Below are positions 17,071 through 25,306 of a DNA stretch of 32,292 nucleotides, in pieces. The position numbers were made by a program, and so were the translations under genes. The notes beneath the pieces are model-generated. The model saw nothing but the letters and a program-made list of their open reading frames with translations. It had not been told where the DNA came from and made no database searches. Numbering within the stretch: the stretch's first letter is position 1; every line of letters starts with the position of its first letter. Source of the DNA: Candidatus Thorarchaeota archaeon (GTDB taxonomy: Archaea; Asgardarchaeota; Thorarchaeia; Thorarchaeales; Thorarchaeaceae). Where the stretch lies: NCBI GenBank assembly GCA_011364905.1, contig RDNZ01000030.1, positions 1 to 32,292 of the forward strand, written 5' to 3'.

Positions 17071-18522
17071 CTAGCCCAGATGTTCGGATTGGCTTTCAAC
17101 AATGCTAGTGGACCATGGATATCGGTCTAGAATTCGTGTCATCAGACGATTGACTTTACGAATCTCTGAAGTCCCGGAATAAGCGAGGAGCATTACTAGT
17201 CCGCCTCTGGTCCTTTTGAACTTCTGATACATCGTCTTGGATGTGTTTATCGTGTCGCAAACAACCATGACCTCAGCCTGAGGTATGTCGAGGTCTCTCT
17301 CACCAACTGGGGACATGACAAGAACCTGTACTTCATTGTCTTCACGAAATGTCTTGAGGACGTCACCCTTATCACGCGTTTCGCCAGTTATGGTGAGGAC
17401 TTTTAGACCTGCTTTCTCAAGGACATCTTTTGTCTGAGACACCATCTCAAGATAAGATGTCAATACTACAGTCTTTTTGTACTTCAAAGCAATTTTCAGC
17501 ACGCGGGTAGTCTTCGAAGAAATATTTGGAAGGATTCTTCTTAGCTCACTGACATTGAAATAATGCGTAAGATAATCCCCATGAAACATACGGAGAAATG
17601 TCTTGGGAGGCATCGCATAGACATATTTTCGAAGCATTAGGAGACCTGTGTAGCGGCCTTTGAGTTCCTCAGTTATTGGTAGTTTCTCCAACATGAGGTG
17701 TACTCTCCTAGAATCACCATCGACGAGATGGAGATTATCATCCTCGGCCAACTCATTCATGATATCTGTCCGCGTGTTTCTGATTAGTTCATCAATGACT
17801 TGTGATATGGTCCGAATCTTAGGGTCATTGACAGTGCTCACTGTGAGAAAGGTTGGCTCGAGGTACTCCTCAACATCTGTATCGTAGAGATCATCCATCG
17901 TGATAAGCTCGGCACCCGGAAGAAACTGCTTCAGTGTATCTAGTTCTCGACGAATCTCAACTTGCTCATCATTGAATACAGCATGGTCATCACGAAGTGT
18001 CCCACTCATTCCAATGAGCCATTTCCCCTCAAGATACATGAGAAGTGTTGGCCATGGGAAAACAACTGCAGTTCGGTTGCTCGTACGTCGGATGAGGGTG
18101 TCAACCTCATTGATGATGACCATCTCAAATGGTTCGAGCAATGATGGGTCCTTTTTATACATTCCAGCAAGCACCTGGGGAGTCGCCACAATCACTCGTT
18201 TTTCCTGCAATATGCGAGGACGCCTTCCAGAAGGCACCCGAGAAGAGAGCTCTCCGAGCTCGTCCTCAAGACCACCATATTCGCCCATGAGATAGTCAAT
18301 GGTTTCGGCCAGAGAGGACGAGGAGTGGACAATGATGATGATTCTGGTGTTGGGATACTTCTTAGCAACCAGTTGATGAGTTATGAAACGCTTACCGAGA
18401 CCGCAGTCAAGCTCCAAAAGCAAGGGAGTACCCTCTTTCTCACCCACCTGCTCGAGAATATGGGTCTGATAGCCTCTTGGAGTGTACTTGGTCTTCGACA
18501 TCGCAAACTCATGTTGGCTCAA
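17071..18522 (-). CDS. SF2 helicase-like protein (Hef/Mph1-like) with degenerate motifs
   Basis: PRGYQ Q-motif, LDCGLGKR (I), ATPQ (Ib), INEVD (II), MSGT (III), GERDLDIP (V), QKFKRTRG (VI). Confidence 0.8.
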   Translation of the reverse strand: MSQHEFAMSKTKYTPRGYQTHILEQVGEKEGTPLLLELDCGLGKRFITHQLVAKKYPNTRIIIIVHSSSSLAETIDYLMGEYGGLEDELGELSSRVPSGRRPRILQEKRVIVATPQVLAGMYKKDPSLLEPFEMVIINEVDTLIRRTSNRTAVVFPWPTLLMYLEGKWLIGMSGTLRDDHAVFNDEQVEIRRELDTLKQFLPGAELITMDDLYDTDVEEYLEPTFLTVSTVNDPKIRTISQVIDELIRNTRTDIMNELAEDDNLHLVDGDSRRVHLMLEKLPITEELKGRYTGLLMLRKYVYAMPPKTFLRMFHGDYLTHYFNVSELRRILPNISSKTTRVLKIALKYKKTVVLTSYLEMVSQTKDVLEKAGLKVLTITGETRDKGDVLKTFREDNEVQVLVMSPVGERDLDIPQAEVMVVCDTINTSKTMYQKFKRTRGGLVMLLAYSGTSEIRKVNRLMTRILDRYPWSTSIVESQSEHLG

Positions 18523-18556
18523 GACGTTATGAACCCATCTGATAATCTCTTGACCT

Positions 18557-19642
18557 TTACTTGGTTTCCTTCAAGATGGCATCGATTTTCTCTGAGAACT
18601 CTTCATATGGCAGTCTCCAGCTCTCAGTGTCTTCACTATACATGTCAATCAGGTGGCAGTAACCCTTGTGTGATCCCTCTAGTATGAACTGAACAAACAT
18701 CTCATCAGTATATTGTCTGAGATTTCGTAGACGTTTCAAGAACTCATTTGCTTCTGTAGATGGCAGATAAATCTGTACAAAGAAGTGGCTTCTGCTCTCC
18801 ATAGTAATCTGATGGTAGAACGGAATCTTATCGAGCCAGAGCAGTATCTTTCCAGCATCTTTTGACTTGAAGAAGCATATGACGGCCATTTCGGATTCTG
18901 CAAAGGGCTTCATTGATGGTTTATAGCCTCTAATTATGCCTGACTCCTCCAGTTTCTTGACCCGATTATGGACCTGAGGTTGTGATAGGTCCAATATCTC
19001 CCCCAATTCACGTAGCGTGATATCAGGATTCTCTACCATATGTCTCAGAATCAGGGTGTCCTTCGCGTCGAAGCTAACGGTCTGTGGAAACTCCTCCATG
19101 TCTAGGTCAATCTCTTTGGTCTTCGACATTATCTTCGGGAGTGACTCAGACCACTTTTCCCAATCCCAGCCCTCAACCTCCGACAGCTTGGTTTGATATC
19201 GTTGATAGTCAACGACATCGAATAGATAGTAATCTTCAATCAGGTCCTTCTTCTTTAAGTCAGAGGCGAGATCGAGTATCACACGAGGAGTAGTGAGTGG
19301 ATAAACAGCGTATATGAAATACCCCTCATATTTTCCATATGTGGGTGCATAATAGTAAAAAACAGGGATTTCCTCCAAAACTCTCTTGAGTATCGGTTCG
19401 CTAGAAGGATTGCTTGTCACAACGAGTATGTATTCAGCCAGACCGAGTTTCCGTTCGTGGGTCATGACGCTGGCTTTGCGGAGAATTCCTTTTTCTTTCA
19501 ACTTCGAGATTCGATATCGGATGGTTCTACTCGGTTCATCCAAAAGCTCGCTAAGTTCTCTGGTTGATATCTTTGTTCCATGCTCTTCAAGAGCGCGAAG
19601 GATTTTAGAGTCTAGGGGGTCAAGTGAGGATTTCAGGGACAT
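18557..19642 (-). CDS. Tandem-duplicated Lrp/AsnC-family transcriptional regulator
   Basis: Two wHTH units (LDPLDSKIL...TIRYRISKLKEKGIL; FDAKDTLIL...QVHNRVKKLEESGII), each followed by a RAM-like alpha/beta domain. Confidence 0.88.
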   Translation of the reverse strand: MSLKSSLDPLDSKILRALEEHGTKISTRELSELLDEPSRTIRYRISKLKEKGILRKASVMTHERKLGLAEYILVVTSNPSSEPILKRVLEEIPVFYYYAPTYGKYEGYFIYAVYPLTTPRVILDLASDLKKKDLIEDYYLFDVVDYQRYQTKLSEVEGWDWEKWSESLPKIMSKTKEIDLDMEEFPQTVSFDAKDTLILRHMVENPDITLRELGEILDLSQPQVHNRVKKLEESGIIRGYKPSMKPFAESEMAVICFFKSKDAGKILLWLDKIPFYHQITMESRSHFFVQIYLPSTEANEFLKRLRNLRQYTDEMFVQFILEGSHKGYCHLIDMYSEDTESWRLPYEEFSEKIDAILKETK

Positions 19643-19689
19643 TGCGTGTGATCACCGCTCGGACTTATTACGTTGACAAATACACTTAT

Positions 19690-19835
19690 ACTTTGGCAAG
19701 CCTCTTTAAAAGTGATTCTACCAGTATATAAATCTCAAATTAAGTATTGGCCGAATCATGCATACTTATTTTGCCCAAATATCGGCCTAAGTATTGGCAA
19801 CATTTATATACAAATTTATGCCAGATATTTAGTAG
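19690..19835. promoter_or_regulatory. Divergent promoter region with repeated operator-like sites
   Basis: TAAGTATTGGC at 19741 and 19788; GCC-N8-GGC at 19773-19786 and 19785-19798; TTGGCAA at 19693 and 19794; TTTATATA at 19803-19810. Confidence 0.6.
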
Positions 19836-19846
19836 GTGCTTAAAAA

Positions 19847-19960
19847 ATGGCATTCGCGAAATTACGGAGAAAACTCCAACCTGAACCGGACCTGAAAGAG
19901 CTTCAAAGACTGAAGGCACAAGTTCGGACTGACGTCTACAGAACCTCTTTCCAGAGGTAG
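19847..19960 (+). CDS. 37-aa small basic protein
   Basis: MAFAKLRRKLQPEPDLKELQRLKAQVRTDVYRTSFQR*; TATA at 19803 and AGGTG at 19834; followed by a structured, pyrimidine-tailed element. Confidence 0.55.
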   Translation: MAFAKLRRKLQPEPDLKELQRLKAQVRTDVYRTSFQR

Positions 19961-19978
19961 AAACAAGTTATCCATCTC

Positions 19979-20040
19979 AAGAGAAAGAGCCATACCAATG
20001 GCGACGGTCGTGTGTGTATCACGACCTCTCTTCCTCTTTA
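19979..20040 (+). terminator. Structured 3' element with pyrimidine tail
   Basis: GCCAT/ATGGC hairpin, GGTCGTG/CACGACC hairpin (20006-20026), outer AAGAGAAAGAG/CTCTTCCTCTT pairing. Confidence 0.4.
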
Positions 20041-20141
20041 TTCTGAAACCGTGGATGTTGCCTGTCAATTGCAGTTCTGCGTATTTCAACGGCGAGTCCA
20101 ATTGACTGTCACATTCCACTGCAATCATTACGATAAAAGAA

Positions 20142-20357
20142 GTGATCAAATTGAATGCAACCACTCTCTCAGATCTTAGTAGAATAGCTGACCAGCGATT
20201 CACTGCAATAAGAAGAGAGGAAAGGAGAGCCCGGGAATACTGTGACAACTCAATTGAGCTCCGTAGATATTTGGCCGCAGAGATAGCAAACAGGATATTT
20301 GAGCAACGAAAAGACAAAGCCTTGATTGAGAATCACAGGGCAGGATTCATCAGATGA
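20142..20357 (+). CDS. Small helical Arg/Glu-rich protein (~68-71 aa)
   Basis: Charged helical ORF ending KALIENHRAGFIR and followed by a T-run; start may be TTG 20151. Confidence 0.6.
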   Translation: MIKLNATTLSDLSRIADQRFTAIRREERRAREYCDNSIELRRYLAAEIANRIFEQRKDKALIENHRAGFIR

Positions 20358-20391
20358 GATGTTTTTGTTTCCCAGTGCTATGCCGATTTCA

Positions 20392-20784
20392 TCAAATCTT
20401 CTTGAACACCTTTGCGAGTGATGGACCTTTTACATGCATATTGAACTCATTGAATTGACCAAAAGGCACGATATAGACCTCAAATCCCCTAGTACGTAGC
20501 CGGTCAGCTGTTTCTTCAATTACTGAGTCTGCAAATTCGGGTTCCGCTTTACTATCATCCAGATGAGCGAATGAGTGAAGAATCACTACATTGGATTCAA
20601 TTTTCTTAGCAAGCCATCGAATGTTCTTCACCATCTTTCGTAAGACACCTGTACGATTCTCTTCGTCCTCCTTCTCGGAATGGATCCAGACGAGTAAAGA
20701 CTCACCTATCTCTGTTCGAGTATCAGACTTAGATTCGTCAGGTCTGTACCAGAAACTCTCCACGTGAAGCATCAAAAGACGCAC
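20392..20784 (-). CDS. Stand-alone archaeal-type threonyl-tRNA synthetase editing domain
   Basis: RLLMLH, IHSEKEDE, HSFAHL, PFG..EFNMHVKGPSLA; GTG 20784 with GGTGA upstream. Confidence 0.88.
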   Translation of the reverse strand: MRLLMLHVESFWYRPDESKSDTRTEIGESLLVWIHSEKEDEENRTGVLRKMVKNIRWLAKKIESNVVILHSFAHLDDSKAEPEFADSVIEETADRLRTRGFEVYIVPFGQFNEFNMHVKGPSLAKVFKKI

Positions 20785-20809
20785 CAAGATCACCAGCTAC
20801 TACAGGGTA

Positions 20810-21715
20810 TCAAAACCTCTCACCATTTGAAGGAATTGTTGTGCCTTCCTCGCCTTCCTCATCTTGCTCGCCAACCTTTTCGATTTTCTCAAAGACCACT
20901 GTCGGTCCTCCAATTGGCTGGTGAAGCTCTTCAGCAACCCCGAGCGGTTCTCTTGGAATTGCCTTTCCATGGACCCAGATTGTGTTTGATGGGATCATCT
21001 TGTCCTTTGGTACAACAGAGTTTGCACCTATGATGACATTATCGCCAACGTCTGCACCAGGAAGTATGACAGCATTCGCTCCTACTGTGACATTATTACC
21101 CAGCTTCACAGTCTTGAGATAGAGACGTCGTCCTTCGTACACGTGGCCACTAAGAATCGCGTCATAACCGAAGAAGCAATTGTCACCAATGATTGTCCGT
21201 TCAGGGTTGAAGAGACGTCCATTTCCCACAATGGAGTTCTTTCCAATCTTCGCCCCGAAAACCTGATGACGTGGTTTTGTATCAAAGAAGATACTGAAGA
21301 AGCCTGCAAAATAGGGATAGATAATGTAGTAGACCTCATAGTACTCATAGAGCAACCAAGCCTCTGTTTCAGCCTCGTAATATCCATCTTCGAGAAAGGG
21401 TATTCCCCTTCGTGACAACATGAGGAAACCTAGTAGAAAGGCAAGAAAAACACCATAGCAGATCAAAGCAAGCGGAACAAAGAGAACTATCAACCACCAA
21501 TAGTCAAGAGCAAATGCTGGGATCCACTGAGAGAAGGTTTGAGTCACAAAAGCATGTATGAACGAGAAGGGCCAGATTGTATCGAGAAAGATAGTGAAGT
21601 TCTGAACCACTATTGAGAATAGAAGAATTCCAGGGATTGCAGCTAGGGTTAGACTAACCATGATTGAAAGAATGAGGTACATGGAGTAGGCTACGGATCT
21701 AGCTTTCATTGTCAA
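20810..21715 (-). CDS. Membrane protein with C-terminal left-handed beta-helix (acyltransferase-like)
   Basis: N-terminal hydrophobic helices; FGAKIGKNS...IGDNCFFG...SGH...LGNNVTVGANAVILPG hexapeptide repeats; acidic tail. Confidence 0.82.
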   Translation of the reverse strand: MTMKARSVAYSMYLILSIMVSLTLAAIPGILLFSIVVQNFTIFLDTIWPFSFIHAFVTQTFSQWIPAFALDYWWLIVLFVPLALICYGVFLAFLLGFLMLSRRGIPFLEDGYYEAETEAWLLYEYYEVYYIIYPYFAGFFSIFFDTKPRHQVFGAKIGKNSIVGNGRLFNPERTIIGDNCFFGYDAILSGHVYEGRRLYLKTVKLGNNVTVGANAVILPGADVGDNVIIGANSVVPKDKMIPSNTIWVHGKAIPREPLGVAEELHQPIGGPTVVFEKIEKVGEQDEEGEEGTTIPSNGERF

Positions 21716-21842
21716 CCCTGCTGAACACTTGTCTTCGGTTGTTGATTTGACTTTGTATTATAGATTGCGAATGAGGAGGGACCTCTTAGAAAGAGATATA
21801 GATGCCACCAAAAGGAGATGAGTCCAGCTAAGGAGCACCTAG

Positions 21843-23075
21843 ATGATGACGTTTGATGTAATTGTTGCGGGTACAGGTCCAGCTGGACTCATGACTGCAG
21901 AGAGGACTGCAAAGTACGGTTTGAAGACTCTAGTCCTGGAGAAGCGACAGAGTGTCACAAATTCACTCATGGGAGAACTGGTCACCGACAAAGCTTTGAA
22001 TTTTCTGCGGGTCAGACCAGATTCTGAGTACATTGGGAACAAGTTCTCATCGATTGTGGGAGAGAGTCTTGATACTGGATCAAAGATTGTTGTCGATAGG
22101 ACCCTCCTTGGAAATTCATACCTCTTCGATGAGGATAAGTGTCAAGAACTCATGAGAGATCGCGCACTCTCAGATGGTGCAGAGTTCCGATACAACTCCA
22201 GAGTCAAGTCAGTAGTCAAAGAGAATGATTCTGTTGTTGGAGTGAAGTACAATCAGGCGGAGGAAGAACGGGCAAGTCTGACAGTCGGAGCTGATGGCTC
22301 GTTTAGCAGGGTCTCTGAAACTGCTGGCTTTATACATCCAAAGTGGTTACTCAGCTATGGGTACAGATTTAAGCTCACAAATTGCAAGGGAATTGACCCG
22401 AGTACAGCGTACTTCTATGTTGGTGAAGACGTAGGCCTGGGTTATCTGTGGTTATATCCAAGATCTGAAACTGAAACCAATCTTGGGATTGGTCGAGTTC
22501 CGTCATCAAAATCAAAGTGGCAAGCGCTTCCTCCAATGAAGGAAGTCCTGAAGAAGTACATGAAGACGCATCCTGAAACAAAAGACGCAAAGATTGCTGC
22601 AGTGAATGGAGGCGTCGTCCCATGTGCAGGCATCATTCCCAGATTCACAGATGCAGGAGTCGCATTATGTGGGAACTCAGCTGGACAGGTCTCTTCAATC
22701 GTAGGTGGTGGGGTAACAACCTGTTTTCATGCCGGCCAGGTGCTAGCAAGACATGCGAAACGCATGGTGGACTCGAACGACTTTTCGAAACACAGTGTCA
22801 GACTATACGAGAAGGAGTACAGAAAGTCTAAATTGGCCTCTAACATCACTAACACAGGAAAGGGGATGTGGGCGGTTTCGAAGTATGCCATGTTTAATGA
22901 CCCGATCGAAGCAGCGGAGATTGTGCTTGGGCAACTCGATGCAAAGACTCTGAATGAACTTATTCAAGGACATGCCAGTGTGGGGACATTCATGACACTC
23001 ATGACAGATTTCCTCCCAATGGTCGCGAAGATTGGCGTAGGATATCTTCGAGCAATTGCTGTGAGCGGACTTTAA
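21843..23075 (+). CDS. Geranylgeranyl reductase family FAD oxidoreductase
   Basis: VAGTGPAG, GADG, GYLWLYP, GGVVP and GNSAGQV..GGG motifs. Confidence 0.9.
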   Translation: MMTFDVIVAGTGPAGLMTAERTAKYGLKTLVLEKRQSVTNSLMGELVTDKALNFLRVRPDSEYIGNKFSSIVGESLDTGSKIVVDRTLLGNSYLFDEDKCQELMRDRALSDGAEFRYNSRVKSVVKENDSVVGVKYNQAEEERASLTVGADGSFSRVSETAGFIHPKWLLSYGYRFKLTNCKGIDPSTAYFYVGEDVGLGYLWLYPRSETETNLGIGRVPSSKSKWQALPPMKEVLKKYMKTHPETKDAKIAAVNGGVVPCAGIIPRFTDAGVALCGNSAGQVSSIVGGGVTTCFHAGQVLARHAKRMVDSNDFSKHSVRLYEKEYRKSKLASNITNTGKGMWAVSKYAMFNDPIEAAEIVLGQLDAKTLNELIQGHASVGTFMTLMTDFLPMVAKIGVGYLRAIAVSGL

Positions 23076-23227
23076 AAAAAGAGAGAGAAGAGGAGATGAA
23101 GCAGGGGACACCCCCCCGCGCCGCCCTGCTTCGAGCCGATGGGTTTCCACCAGCCTGCCCTGTATCATGCCCGTTGTGGATTACCGTGAAGCATCCACCC
23201 GGAGTCAGCAGCAAACAGCTGCTGAAG
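23076..23227 (-). ncRNA. Candidate ~150-nt four-hairpin non-coding RNA
   Basis: TATA run 23246-23256; hairpins 23205-23225, 23171-23202, 23134-23155 and 23098-23132 with G-U pairs valid on the minus strand; ends in a C/U tract and oligo-U; GC-rich relative to flanks. Confidence 0.55.
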
Positions 23228-23316
23228 TAGGTATATCACTAGCAGTATATATATATCGTGTGGTTGTATACAGTCATAAAGTTAGTATAATGATGAATTT
23301 TGCGCCGTACTCATAA

Positions 23317-24372
23317 ATGAGTAAAGAGGGACGCACAATGACTCAAAATGATGAACTCTCAAAGGCTCTGGACCTTGTTGGACTAGCGGCCGGTGATAGA
23401 CAGGAGTCGCGTCTGATGAATCTGCTCAGTGTCATTCTTAGACTCCAGAAGGAGTCATCGACACCGCTAACCTTCTCAGAGATTTACGAAAAGTTGCTGA
23501 AAGATGAGCCGGAAACTAAGCTCACAAAGGCATGGGTTCATAGAGTGTTGAAATCGCTTGTTGACACCCAGTTAATCCGCTTGGAAAGCCCAAGCGTGCG
23601 GCGCAAGAGGTACATTGCTGACGTGAACACGGTGATGGCTGGACTTGAACATCTAAAGACGCAACGTCTTCATGCGTTGGAGGATCAAAAGACGGAAATC
23701 GATATTGCCATAGAAGAGGCCGCAAAACTGGAATGTGGAACTCTGGCTCAGGAGTTCGTCAAGGAAGTGACAGGTGCAACACAAGAGATTAGTTCACGGA
23801 TTGTCAAGGGTGTTGATGAACTTCATAGGGTACTCAAATACAATGTACTCGATGCAGCAAAGAAGGGAGATACAATCCGGGCTACCCTGCTTTGGGTGGG
23901 ACCGTTTTTTGGATCAGGGAGTCTAGAACGGGTACAAGAGTTCGTGGAAGCGGCGATGAGAGGCGTAGATGTGAGATATATGATCTCGCCTGATGTCCTA
24001 GGAGCAGAAGAAGCGATAGCACGAGAAAACGTAAATCAAGATAAAGCAGTTCAGTTGGTCCAAGGGCTTAATGAACTGAGGAAAAAAGGAGTGAAGTTTG
24101 ATTTTCGAATCTATATCGGTCCCAAGACATACTTTCAGGTGAGTCTGAATAATGACAACATGGCCCTAGTAATAACAGAGGACCCAATGACAGCCACTTG
24201 GATCACCAGAGACTTCAATCCAGATTTGATTGATAATGCAGTGAAGGCTTTTGATAGGGACTGGAAAAAAGCCAAATCAATTCTGGATATGACTCCTGAG
24301 GAACTAGTCGCCTTTGGTGCAGAACCCGGAGGATTAATTACCAAGATTTTAAGTAGCAGGAACGCTAACTAG
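23317..24372 (+). CDS. TrmB-like protein 1 (wHTH + coiled helix + PLD-like fold lacking HKD)
   Basis: LTFSEIY...TKAWVHRVLKSLVDTQLI wHTH; GVDVRYM; TYFQVSLN; NPDLIDNAVKAFDRDW. Alternative start ATG 23338. Confidence 0.75.
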   Translation: MSKEGRTMTQNDELSKALDLVGLAAGDRQESRLMNLLSVILRLQKESSTPLTFSEIYEKLLKDEPETKLTKAWVHRVLKSLVDTQLIRLESPSVRRKRYIADVNTVMAGLEHLKTQRLHALEDQKTEIDIAIEEAAKLECGTLAQEFVKEVTGATQEISSRIVKGVDELHRVLKYNVLDAAKKGDTIRATLLWVGPFFGSGSLERVQEFVEAAMRGVDVRYMISPDVLGAEEAIARENVNQDKAVQLVQGLNELRKKGVKFDFRIYIGPKTYFQVSLNNDNMALVITEDPMTATWITRDFNPDLIDNAVKAFDRDWKKAKSILDMTPEELVAFGAEPGGLITKILSSRNAN

Positions 24373-24397
24373 ATTGTATAGTGGGGGGTCGAGAGTT

Positions 24398-25306
24398 ATG
24401 ACGGAAATCCAGCATGAAAAAGTAATTGATATGATTGGATTAGATACAAAATCGAAGGACATGCTTGTTCTGAGAGCTTTGCTAAAGGCTCAAAATGATC
24501 CTACTGACTTTATCGATTTTGAATCGCTGCGCGAACAACTCGCAATTGAAGAGGGGTCTAGAAAGGGAAAAGATTCGCTCATATACAGAAGTCTTTCCTG
24601 GCTCGAATCTGAAGGATTCCTCAGGATTGATAAAAGCGGCCGCAAGCATGGGTACAATTCCAACATCGCAATTATCCAGACAGCACTGGCTAAGTTAGTG
24701 ACAAGAAGCATCAAGAATTCGGAGAAGGAGTTGAAAGATATCGACTCCAAGGTAGCAGTCCTCTCAGATATGAACCCAGATGTCATGGCTTCACGTCTGA
24801 TTGAGCTCTTAGCTGGAACAATGAAGATAGAGAAACCGGTTTTTGCTCAAGGCTGGGAGGATATTGTCAAACTACTCGATGACAAAGTGTACAATGGTTT
24901 GAAGAAGAGTGATGTTGTTAGAATCAAACTGGAATGGCTGTCTCACATCGACTATCTAGCTCGAGGCAGAATACTGAACATGAGAAAAATCGTCGAAAAA
25001 GGAGTGGATATACGAGCCTTGGATAATGACAGGGGGGAGGAGGAAATGCGACAACAATTGAAGAAGGTTCTTGTCAATTTGCGCGAAACCGGAGGAAATG
25101 TGGGATATATGATATTCCCACGCCAAGATGCAACCTATCAGTTCGTTTCGCGCAATACAGATGGTATCGTACTTATTGTGTCTGAAAGTCCACTCTCCGC
25201 AACATGGCTCCCAAGAACTGGCAATGCAGAGCTAGTTGACAATGCAATTGAGAACTTCGACAAGGATTACGAGTTGGGAACGGACCTCCTTGACTACAAG
25301 GGGTGA
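24398..25306 (+). CDS. TrmB-like protein 2 (paralogue)
   Basis: DSLIYRSLSWLESEGFL wHTH; GVDIRAL; TYQFVSRN; NAELVDNAIENFDKDY. Confidence 0.75.
   Translation: MTEIQHEKVIDMIGLDTKSKDMLVLRALLKAQNDPTDFIDFESLREQLAIEEGSRKGKDSLIYRSLSWLESEGFLRIDKSGRKHGYNSNIAIIQTALAKLVTRSIKNSEKELKDIDSKVAVLSDMNPDVMASRLIELLAGTMKIEKPVFAQGWEDIVKLLDDKVYNGLKKSDVVRIKLEWLSHIDYLARGRILNMRKIVEKGVDIRALDNDRGEEEMRQQLKKVLVNLRETGGNVGYMIFPRQDATYQFVSRNTDGIVLIVSESPLSATWLPRTGNAELVDNAIENFDKDYELGTDLLDYKG

Noticed and set aside
19862-20317. 151-aa minus-strand ORF
   Set aside because: It is antisense to two plus-strand ORFs that have TATA, SD and terminator support, and it has no recognisable motifs.
23125-23165. Resemblance of CAGGGCAGGCUGGUGGAAAC to the c-di-GMP-I riboswitch
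   Set aside because: The downstream GGGACGCAAAGC-type consensus is absent and no gene follows on that strand.
22803-23214. Minus-strand ORFs of 121 and 71 aa over the candidate ncRNA
   Set aside because: They run through a polypyrimidine terminator-like tract and antisense into GGR; composition is not protein-like.
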